Shown in pieces: positions 52,108-64,000 of a DNA stretch of 64,000 nucleotides. The position numbers and the translations under genes are program-made. Position 1 is the first letter of the stretch, and the number at the start of each line of letters is the position of its first letter. The notes below the pieces were generated by a model. It saw only the letters and a list, made by a program, of their open reading frames with translations. It was not told the DNA's origin and ran no database searches. Source of the DNA: Octopus vulgaris (Eukaryota); assembly GCA_951406725.2 (NCBI GenBank), contig OX597821.1, positions 96,348,001-96,412,000 of the forward strand. The letters run 5' to 3'.

Positions 52108-53545
52108 TATACACACACACATATATATATTACCACGCACACATATACATACTCACATGTATCTTGTTTGTTTCCATATTTGTTACAATATTGTTTCTCT
52201 TATATATCTATATATTTATTTCCATATTTATCTTTCCACACATATACATGCGTACGCCTGTGTATATGTGCGCGTATTTACCTTTCCGTGTTTGTATGTG
52301 TATGTGTACCAGTGTGTGTGCTTTTGTACACTTGTATGTGTTTGCATTTCTCTCCCCCCCCTCTCTCTCTGTGGAGTGTATCTATGCGTGTCTATGCGTT
52401 TCGATTAGGACTTTTCATAACACGAAATTTGGCAAGTTCATATTTATGTATCGGGTGTTGCTACTTTGTCGGATAATAAATATATTTAGACGGTAACCCT
52501 TTTAACGCCCAATAGTTGTGCCAATTATCCTCACCATCATCACCATTATTATCATCTTCATCTTTACCATCTTCTTCATCATTAATATAGCTGTTGTTAT
52601 TTTTATTACTTTTGGCCTTCCTCTCCCTGTTTTCTCTTCTCTTTTTCCTTTCTTCCTCTTCATTTCGATTTGGAACAAAAAATGTGGGTAGTAAAAAGGA
52701 AACTTCTGTCGTCCTGTAATTTTTTTGAAATGTTGGAAAGAGCACCTTATATGACCTCACAGAATTGGCCTGCTCACTGTGTACATAAAGGTCAAAAACA
52801 TCGTATAGAGGGCGCTTAATTTTAGCCATTAGATCAATTTGGGACCTATAAAGTCCCATGATGGTTCCGTGATGGTTTCAGGTAATGGCCTCCATGTTGG
52901 AACGACTAATTCCACTTCCGTTTACACTGTGATATTTCATGTCTTGTTTCTCGTACTCAGTTTTGCAAATCTCTATTGGGTTTTTATAAATTTGTCCCTA
53001 TAATCTCCACTCATTTTGTTTACCCATGGTACTGGATATAAACAGATGTAAACGAACGATTACCTGTGCCTCGAGTGGGTCAGTACACCAGGATTGTATT
53101 AGTGCGATCAGTACTTTTCAGGGAAAGTCATGTTATTTAGTACTTGAAACTAGAATTGCATTTTAGATGCATGAGGGGATCATGGGTGGTTAGTCCATAA
53201 GAGAATGAATGCGAAACCATAGAATACCTGCTCGATACATACCTATTGGATCTTCTGAATACACCAATGTAGAAATGAACAATCAGTATGTGTCTTTTAG
53301 ACACTAGTTAGATAAAGAGTTCTCTAGGTTCTCAATTGGAGTTTATATAGAAATGAACATTGCCTTCAACCAAAATAGTCTAAATGTTGATGATTAAATG
53401 CTCCTCACCTCAGGAAACATAACGAAGTTCCCCCCAATTCCATCACTTGCTGACAGTTTTACCTATTAAACATTATGGTAAACAAGAGGAGAAAAAATGC
53501 TGTTGCACTTGAGGCAGCACCAATCATCATAGAGCATCTGTCCGC

Positions 53546-53957
53546 TTATTTCTTTATTGCCCACAAGGGGCTAAACATAGAGGGAACAAACAAGGACAGA
53601 CAAAGAGATTAAGTCGATTACATCAACCCCAGTGCGTCACTGGTACTTAATTTATCGACCCCGAAAGGATGAAAGGCAAAGTCGACATCGGCGGAATTTG
53701 AACTCAGAACGTAACGCCAGACGAAATACATATTTCCTTACTACCCACAAGGGGCTAAACACAGAGGGGACAAACAAGGACAGACAAAAGGATTAAGTCG
53801 ATTACATCGACCCCCAGTGCGTCACTGGTACTTAATTTATCGACCCCAAAATTATGAAAGGCAAAGTCGACATCGGCGGAATTTGAACTAAGAACATAAC
53901 GTCAGACGAAAATACCGCTAAGCATTTCGCCCGGCGTGCTAACGTTTCTGCCAGCTT
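53546..53957 (-). mobile_element. SINE family B tandem dimer
   Basis: Two units with the same junction as the trimer at 24387; TCTGTCC on both flanks. Confidence 0.9.
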
Positions 53958-55023
53958 CTGTCCTCTGCCAAACGTTCCATAGAATTGTAGCTCATTCATT
54001 CAGGAACACCATCGTATGTCTGTTGAATGCAGCCTGTAACACCGAGGAAATTATTTAAGAAGAATAAGTAAAATTTGTGGGTGAAAACATGAACACTAAC
54101 CTAAAATCATACACCAGATTGACTGAATGACCCTTTAACTGAAGTTATTTCAACCACGTCTCATTTAGAAACATCAAAAAACGGAATACTACTAAACTTG
54201 CAAGTTACATCAAGCAATTAAAAGAAAACTGGTACAGACTTTGATAACAGCTGAAGAATCACAGACTATAGAAGAAAGCAAGCCAGAGATGAAGGCTTTG
54301 CACAGTAGACAGAAGGGTAATTCTAACAAAATCCTGGGAAACAAGCATCTCCACAGAAAAGCAGAGCAATTCCCCGCTTTCTATAGGTGAAAGAAAATTC
54401 ATACTCGGATACTGGAAAACGACCCCAGCGGTCTTATATGCCTCTGTTAAAGTATTAGTGCACACGGCCTTTGTGTTTCTCCAAGTAAAACCACCTGTCT
54501 TTCCGTTCTTCTCTACAATTCTTGTCCTTTTCCTTCTCTTTCCGCCTTCATCGCTCCCCCTTCTCCCTCTCTTTCCTCCTTCATCGTTCTCCCTTCCTCC
54601 CTCTCTTTCCTCCTTCATCGCTTCCCCTTTCTCTTGCACTTCCTCCTCGCCCTTTTCTCGCTCTCTCTCTCTCTCTCTCTGCCTTTCTTTTCACATTTCT
54701 CTTCATCTTTTCCAACTATTCCCCGTCTTTTATTCTTGCTTTTCCTCCTCCTTCCGTCACCATTTTTCTCCAGCTTTCTACTCCTACCTCTCTACCTCCT
54801 CAGTTATCTCCTTATAGTACATGGCTGTGTATAAGCAATCATATGTACGAAAGCATGTATGTGTTTATACATATACATATACATAAATTCATTTGTATGT
54901 GATTGTGTGTGTGTGATGTATATGTACTTTTATATATCTATAAGTGTTTTATAATTTCCTTATTCACAAAATACGCATTATGCATATTAGCTATATATGT
55001 ATGCGTGTGTGTATATATGTATT

Positions 55024-55057
<34 letters not shown>

Positions 55058-55141
55058 TGTATGTATGTATGTATGTATGTATGTATGTATGTACGTACGT
55101 ATGTATGTATGTATGTGTGTATGTGTGTATGTGTGTGTATG

Positions 55142-55172
<31 letters not shown>

Positions 55173-56139
55173 GTATGTATGTATGTGTGTATGTATATGC
55201 GAATACTTCCATATGTATTGGCTGCATTTGTAAAAAGTAGTTTGCATTATGCTATTATTCTAAACCCCATTCTTACGGTAATCACAGTTGAAGAAAAAAT
55301 CAATGCAATTGAATATTCATACGAAGAACTCCCATAAAGATTTCACGCTCTGTATTCTCATATAGAATCTAACAAAAATGGAATGCTGACACTTATTTAT
55401 ATCACCAGCTTTTGTTAATAGCAATGTAATTACAGCAAAGATAATATGGAGTTTTGTCATTGAAATACTGGGAATTTTTTAACGAAAAACAACTATTTTG
55501 CGCAAATCTGTTATTCATTTTCTCTCGATTCAGCAGTTAATATTTCTTTCTTCGAGCACCGGATTTCGAAGCACTTAAAGGTATGAATAATAACATGTAA
55601 ATTTTGGGCTGAAATATCCTTTAGATAAAAAAAAAAAATCGAAGGTTGCCCATCTAACACGAATCCACACCTCCTGTAGAGACGTAACTAATATTTTAAT
55701 TGGATATGTGGGTTCATGTCCCACAGTCAGCCGACGTCTTAATACGAAAGGGGTTTTTGAACCCAATATTCACATGCCATTATTTAGAGTTTTGTGTGCT
55801 TCGGGATCCACTCTTCCAAAACAGAATTATTTCGCGTTGTCTCGAAACTTATAAAATTCTTATGACGTCAATTGTCAATGTTTATATTATTATATTTTGA
55901 TGTACCAGCCATGCACTTAACTCACCTTTGATGCCTGTCTCTGATTCAAATTCTGCATTTTTATAAGCTAGAAGTTGCTATTTGTTGATAACATAATAAG
56001 TGGTTTATTTTATATTTAATGTCTTTCAGTGTAGTACTGAGAGTAACTATTAGTTATATAGCTACTGACAATGACTTGTTAGTGTTTGTGTTGCTTGAAA
56101 GTTGCTTGAAAGTCCTGAGTAGTGGTAAGAAATTCTCAA

Positions 56140-56520
56140 GGTCCATATTCAAATGTAGATCTTAGATGAGAGATCATAGATCTGAGGATAAAAGGTATTC
56201 TCAGAAGTGCCATATTCCACAGGTTGTTCCAGCTGAGACACTTCTTGAGTGCACCATTCCACGTCATCCACTGGTCCTGTTGGCTCTACTGTACTATCTT
56301 CAGGATTCGTATTGCATCTTCTTCCTTTTCTAAAATCAGACCTTTCCTCATCTTTCCCGGGTCGCTGTCCATCTTTCCATTTTTGTTACGCACCCCCAGA
56401 CCATATCTATTGACCTGAGTGTGTCCCAATATTTCTCTGATCGTAAGGCTTTCCTTTACTGCATCCGCCACCTCCTGGACTTTCCATTTTCTGTCTGTCT
56501 TCAGCTAGGCCGGATCGTCC
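56140..56520 (-). mobile_element. Hero/NeSL-type RLE LINE fragment (post-RT region)
   Basis: EILGHTQVNRYGLG..QQDQWMTW..LSWNNLWNM. Confidence 0.6.
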
Positions 56521-57279
56521 TTATAATATGGGTGCAGTGTGGATTAATGCTATTTTTTTACAAGAAGATACTTAGAGGCATACATATATACATAACATAC
56601 ATAAGCAAAACATACACATTTGCACTTATACATACATACATACATACATACATACATACATACATACATGTATATATACATACAAAAATACACTGTTGTT
56701 GATATTGCAATTCCAATGAAGGAGCCTTGGCTCTAAGTTGGAAATTAACTTTTTCTCTATTGGCAAGAAAGCTTGAAATAAAACTGAATAATGACATACA
56801 TAAATAGATACATACATACATACATACATACATACATACATACATACATACATACATACATACATCCATCCATCCATACATACATACATACATACATACA
56901 TACATACATACATACATACATTGGGGCTGCTTCATTAGGCACTTGATGAGATCCGAGCCATTGATGTGAAAACCCGAAAAATACTGACACGCACACATAA
57001 TTTCCACCTAAATATTGACGTAGACCGCCTTTACTCAAAACGAAAACAAGGCGGCAGAGGCTTAACATCGATCCAAAATGTCGCATCATATCCCTTCGGC
57101 AAGATCTTTTAACTACTAAGTGCCGAAGTGCATTCCTTGAACAAGTTTGCATACAATACGCTGATAACATCGTAAGACTTGGGAGGCAGCTCCTTGAGTA
57201 ACACTCTTTGTCTGATAACCTAGAATACATACCCAAAGAAGTCGCACGAATCTACCGCAACGTATCACCCACATCATAA

Positions 57280-57830
57280 GCAGTTCTCCGAAAATGTCAC
57301 TACGATATTAACTACCGATGAGACATGGAGGTGTGGACAGGACACTCTATAATGAAATCCGTCAGAAGGATAATCTCGAGGACAAAGAAATAACAACCCA
57401 TAATATGGTAGAAGCCATAGCCACTAATAATAAAAAGAAATAGTGATGGAATATACTAATGAAGACCTCAATAAAATGTAAGCACAGCAGACCTGATACG
57501 ATGATTTGGGATAGAGAAGAGAAGCTATGCACAGCTTTGGAAATTAACTGCCCAGCGGATGTTAACATAAAGTTGAAGACCAGTTAAAAAGAGAACACCT
57601 ATGCTGAACTATTGAGAAATCTACAGTTACTCTATCTAGATTACAAGTTCAGGTTTATACCTGTAATTATTGGGGCCCTGTGATGTGTAATACACTGCCT
57701 AAATACCAATCTTGAGAAATTAGGCGTCTCAAAACCAGAAAGGAGAAGGTAATTCGAAGACTACAGATCCAGTCCATCACTGGAACTGTAAATATCTGTA
57801 AAACTTTCCAGAAATTTATCATTTAAATAT
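57280..57830 (+). mobile_element. R4/Dong-type LINE restriction-like endonuclease domain relic
   Basis: MRHGGV (RHD site), HSRPDTMIWDREEKLCTALEINCP, KENTYAELL, IPVIIGAL. Confidence 0.75.
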
Positions 57831-57942
57831 ATATGAACATGTTTACATATGCAAATATATGCATAAGAATACATACATAAGACATGCAAATCTGCACATA
57901 CATACATACATACATACATACATACATGCATACATACATACA

Positions 57943-57976
<34 letters not shown>

Positions 57977-58560
57977 CACTCACACACAGATATATATGTA
58001 TATATGTATGTATATATGCGTGTATGTATGTGTGTGTGCGTGTGTATGTACATATAGGGGCTTTTATTTGTACACAATACACATATACGTATGTATATTT
58101 CCATGAAAGAAAGAGAAGACCATACTATACTTTCTGTAGGTTTTAAATTTATCAATAAATATTCAATGATTTCTGAGCGTCCAGGTTCAGTTCGCTGCTC
58201 AAGAAGTCAATAAAGTGCAGTGGACAGATTTCGTTGACCACAGCTTTGAACATAGTTAACCGGTATGGTTGCAGTCTAATGCCGAAAACCATCCAAAGGT
58301 TAAAAACATTTACACACAGATGCAGATTCCTCGGTTGGCAGTGTAAAACGTCTAATTTGGATGGTTGAATGTTGGAGAGCCACCATGGAGCATTGTTGTC
58401 CCATTTGCTTTAGATTGCCACGAAATGCGTATTTCGTGCCGTACAAGTATTTTCCCGAATTTTCCCCCACGCTGAATGAGTCTTTAAAACTATGGATTAT
58501 AAACAAATTTTATAGATGTATTCGCATTCCCTATACATCGCTTATAGATGTTTATTGGTA

Positions 58561-58591
<31 letters not shown>

Positions 58592-58784
58592 TTATGTGTG
58601 TACGAGTGTGTGTATGTGTGTGTGCGTAGTTTACAGATCCAATAGAAGTAGGATCAACAAAATGGTACTCGATCCAGTGGAAGATAAACACCGATTTAAA
58701 TACACAGCCGAAAAAAGCTACTAATATAAAATGCGTCATATATTTTAAGGCAATCTTTCAGGGTCTGTCTATGCGTTATATATA

Positions 58785-58855
<71 letters not shown>

Positions 58856-59068
58856 CAATTTAATGCACAACAAAAAGAGCTACTAATAGTTTCATGCTGT
58901 CATGATACTTTAACTAAACTTATTTATATAATACGCCATGTATCTCGAAGCAACTTTTCAGACTCCATTTAGGGACAATGCGAAAATGACTGAAGAAACG
59001 GAAAGAATGTTGATGCCAAAATGGAACGAGAAGAAAGAAATGAGAACAAGAAAGGACCCCCCCCCCGC

Positions 59069-59101
<33 letters not shown>

Positions 59102-59547
59102 ACACACACACATATATATATACGCTGTAATATCCTGACATTATCTACGAAGAAAACGACATAATGTAAAAAATTAACATTTTAAAATTCCACTAAATCA
59201 GAAATAACTGTTATGTACGGTGACAGAGTACGATCCTTTCATCGCCGGTCTGCTGTCTGCATTTCTGCTGGCTCATCCTATGAAGTTCATCGATTGGAGA
59301 TCTCTTGCTGTGTAAGGACTTAACGAAACCAATCTACGACCATTATCTATTGCCATAAAATACACACATAGGTACATACATGCATACGTACATACATACA
59401 TACATACATACATACGTACATGCATACATGCATACATACATATATACGTACTTACATACATATATACATACGTACATACATAAATGTATACATGCATACA
59501 TACATACATACATACATAAATGCATACATGCATACATGTATACATAC

Positions 59548-59586
<39 letters not shown>

Positions 59587-60289
59587 CATACATACACACA
59601 TACATACGTACTTACATTCAGGTATACATACATACATGCAAACATGGATCCATGTGAATGTATATTTATGGATGTATGCATGTGTGTGTGTGTTTGTGTG
59701 ATGTGATGAGATTTTATACATCATCCATTTTAGTCCAACTATCATTAAATCTAGCCATTTCCGTTCAACTTTTCATTTCCGGTAAACCAACCATTGTAAT
59801 TTCTTTATGGAGAGGTGGAGGCAGTTGTATTTTTGTATTAATTTGTATTTTTTTTTGAGGCATTACGGTTGTCGATATATATTTTTACTTAGTTTAAATT
59901 CTTCCATTACTTTTTAGTTTTTCTTTTATGTCTGATAGTGGTGGCGGCATCGTTAGAAGTTCTTTGTCGTCAACATGGTGGTAGTGATACAGGTGATAGT
60001 AGAAGTAGCGGTGGTGGTGATGGTAGTGGTGGTGTTGGTAGTGGTGGTAGATGTTGGCAATCAAGAGTATATAAGGAGATGCATTTTTATACATATTCGT
60101 GCGTATATTTATGTAATATATACATGATTGTGTGCATGTATGAATTTGCGTTTATGTGTATATAGGCCTGCATTAATGTGTGTTAAATATAATAATATAC
60201 ATATAAGTGCATTTACCGGCACACATACACACACACTCAGACACACACACTCTCACACACTCACTCACACACATGCACACGTACATAAT

Positions 60290-60560
60290 TCGATGCAGTC
60301 GTTGCTGAGTGGTTAAGAAATTCGTTTTACAATTATGAAATCTCAGGACGAATCGCACACAAGAGCATCTTCGATAAGTACTTTTGAGCTTCGTGTAACA
60401 TAGATATAAGAGAAACCGCGTAGAAAATTGTCTCTACCTGTAATTAGAAGATCCAGCCTTGATCTCTCTGATAGTTAGGTGAAGGATACATTAGTCTTGG
60501 GAATACTCAGCCACTTCGAATGCTAATTCAATCAGTAAGTCGTCCGTTAGATCGAACGTC
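60290..60560 (+). mobile_element. Old SINE, family C/D related
   Basis: GCTGAGTGGTTAAG head; ATACTCAGCCACTT..CCGTTAGATCGAA tail. Confidence 0.5.
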
Positions 60561-60764
60561 TGGATTACCTTACAATGAAATAGTGGGGCTGTCTCTCATA
60601 GATGTATATCTGTGTGTATGTATATGTGAAGGTATGTGCGTGCGTGTTTGCGCATATATTATTTATATGTGTGCCCGCATGTGTATACATGAATATATGT
60701 ATATGAGTGTGTGCACGTGTGCGTGTGTAGATGTTCATAAACGCGTGTACACACATACACACAC

Positions 60765-60831
<67 letters not shown>

Positions 60832-60988
60832 ATTTATGTATCATATGGAAGCAATATTATCGATAATGGCCGAAATTGCGTTTGACCCTCTTTAAGATAA
60901 CTGATGAGGGGCTGGTGCCCTTCTGTGTTTTCTGTTCACCTGTGTGTTTAGTAGAAGTTCTTTTGTTTATTTACATATTTTAAAAAAT

Positions 60989-61040
<52 letters not shown>

Positions 61041-61495
61041 TGTGTGTGTGTGTCAGGGTACTACAGAAGCTCATGCTTCGCTAAAAATAGAAGACAAAAT
61101 AGTTATGAACCACAGAAGAAGCACAAAATTAATGCATGTATAATTTTCCTATACAGCTGCACGCTTGCGGCCACCAACGATATCATCTTTTGGAATAGTA
61201 TTGTTCTTAAGTAATTTCACTGAATTCGTTTGTTTCAATGGTGATCGACCACTCAAATGAATCTACAGGCATGGTAGGGGCAAATTCTGGTCGTCATCCC
61301 TGGCAGATTTGACTGAGGAGATTTAGGCCCCTTTGGCGCTAACTTCGAAATTATATCAAATTAGCTCTTGCACCTTAACAGAGGTAGGACGCTATTGTTT
61401 ACTATTTTTTTGTTCCTATCATGCCTGTATTAATTTTGTGATTCTTCTATGGCTTAGAAGTATTTGACTTCTATTTTTAGCGTAGTACCCTGGTA

Positions 61496-61555
<60 letters not shown>

Positions 61556-61652
61556 GTAGGATAAAATTTTTTTCGAAAAAAAAATTCTTTTCCAAAAAAA
61601 TGTTATCAATGGCCAGCATATTAAAAAATACCTTTAAAGGTTAAATTCATAA

Positions 61653-61997
<345 letters not shown>

Positions 61998-62947
61998 ATA
62001 GACAGACAGGCAGATAGATAAATAGATAGATAGAGTATACGTAAATTCAAGAAAAAAGTACTCAATCCAGTGAGTAATAAATATCTATTTAATACATAAC
62101 CAAAAGAGCTACTAATAGATTGATGTTTTTATGATACTTTAACTAAGCATAATTTTTCATCTTCGCAGTTTGTCCAAGACGTCTGAGCGCTCAGTGAATC
62201 CTTGTTCCTATGAAACCTCTAACCCACCTATCTTTTACATGTAGGCACATTGTCTCCTGTCCATTGTTTCCACACAGTTAAAGCAACTCTCTGTGCGTAT
62301 CACCTACCATCACAAACGACGAGGCCACGATAGTGTTCATACTTCATCGTTGCCGATGCGCGTGAAACCGTAGCCAACACAGTTACCATAATAACTATAT
62401 CTACTTTTTTTAAAAGTAAAGAAATATATATCTACTTTTTTAAAGTCTGTGACCTACACATGCTTCCAAAAACTTCCAGTGCGTGAAATTAATAACAGTG
62501 CTAGAAGTATAGTGAGAAAAGCATTCAGTTTCCTTTTTCTTTCTTTCTTTCTTTCCTTTATTTACATATGGATACCTGCTTGTGTGTGTGTATGTGTTTG
62601 TGTGTGTGTGTTTTCTGTGCGGACATAAATGTCGATAAATAATTATTTCATTTATTAAAACAATAAAACAATTATATAGGAAATTATGTTAATTATATAT
62701 CTGTGTGTATGCATGTATATGTGCATCCGTTGAGAGATATGCCCATGTCTATACATACATGTCTATATATACATTCATACATACATACATACATACATAC
62801 ATGCATACATACATACATACATACATACATACATACATACATACATACATACATACATACATACATACATGCATACATACATACATACATACATACATAC
62901 ATACATACATACATACATACATACATACATACATACATACATACATG

Positions 62948-62979
<32 letters not shown>

Positions 62980-64000
62980 CATACATACATACATACATAC
63001 ATACACATATATTCACACAGACGCACACACACACAAACACAGAATTAGACAGAGATTTGTAAACATACAGACATATACATACACACACGCACATATATAC
63101 AGAGACACAGACACACACACACATGTATATGTTGGCGTATACACATGTTATTGCTTGTACACTTTTATAATTGTGTGTATGTATAGATGTGTGTGTGTGT
63201 TTATATTTGCGGAATAGAGGCTAACATCAGAAACCTTCTGCAAACATATCGACTGGTATGTCTTTGATGTTCTGAAGCAATTCTCATGGATCAGTGGGTT
63301 TGGAAAGCTAGAACAAATATTCGCTTCACCATTTTCACACACATACACACACACACACAAACAAACAAGCAAACATACGCACGAACACATACAGACAAAC
63401 ACAGACAAACACATACACATACACCTCTACCATAGAATATCCAAATTTTTTTTATTCCACTATTCCATCGTAACCAAGCTTTAATCCACCAATCCAGCAC
63501 TGCCACAATTCTGTCCACCATCGCAGTATAGTCACACACTTTACTCCAACCACCCATCACTCCACTTCACCTTTCTGAATCTGCCTTATCTGACTCAAAT
63601 TCTCCACCACTCTATTACGTCACTCCATCACTCCAGCGCTACAAGACCTTTCTCAACACTGCCTCTCTACATATCACCACTTTCTCTCTATCAGACTCCC
63701 CACTTAGTACAGCCTCATTTCACACTACCTCCCCCAACAGCAACGAAACCCCAATCACACTTGAAGTTGTCATATCAGCCTCATCACTCTCTGTATTCGC
63801 TTCTATATTCCAACTCTCTCAAACCGCCTTCACCAAGTCTTTACTATTATTCATTACTCTAGCGTTGTGTTATTTCATTCGTATCAGCCACATCCTTGCT
63901 TCGCTTGACTCCAACACTCCACTACACTCCAACTAACACCCTCTCCTTTGCACCTTCCCTTCTACTCTCCAACGCTAGCTCCAACTGTTTATGACGTTGT

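Noticed and set aside
54259-54902. Overlapping ORFs over a purine/pyrimidine-skewed tract
   Set aside because: Low-complexity CT-rich sequence; no domain or splice evidence
63430-64000. C/T-rich strand-skewed terminal segment
   Set aside because: No clear periodicity or protein motif, and truncated by the window edge

Overview
AT-rich, repeat-saturated animal DNA with no host exon I can support. The SINE and microsatellite make-up suggests a cephalopod, probably Octopus (inference, not a database result). Nearly all listed ORFs are microsatellite read-throughs. Real coding relics are a 5'-truncated Penelope-like element (RT + GIY-YIG, minus strand), CR1/L2-type LINE fragments, restriction-like-endonuclease (R4/Dong- and Hero/NeSL-type) LINE fragments, a DD37-type Tc1/mariner transposase and a non-autonomous Helitron, plus four tRNA-derived SINE families. 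The main hidden signal is about 10 well-formed and about 7 decayed minimal type I hammerhead ribozyme motifs (helix I - CUGANGA - helix II - GAAAN - tiny, often palindromic helix III - NUH - helix I). They lie in many unrelated short elements, mostly beside or inside (TA)n tracts. Several sit in long fold-back palindromes of constant polarity, and some carry core variants (a compensatory G3-C8 swap, U6, C4, C9). All folds were read by eye and none is experimentally validated.
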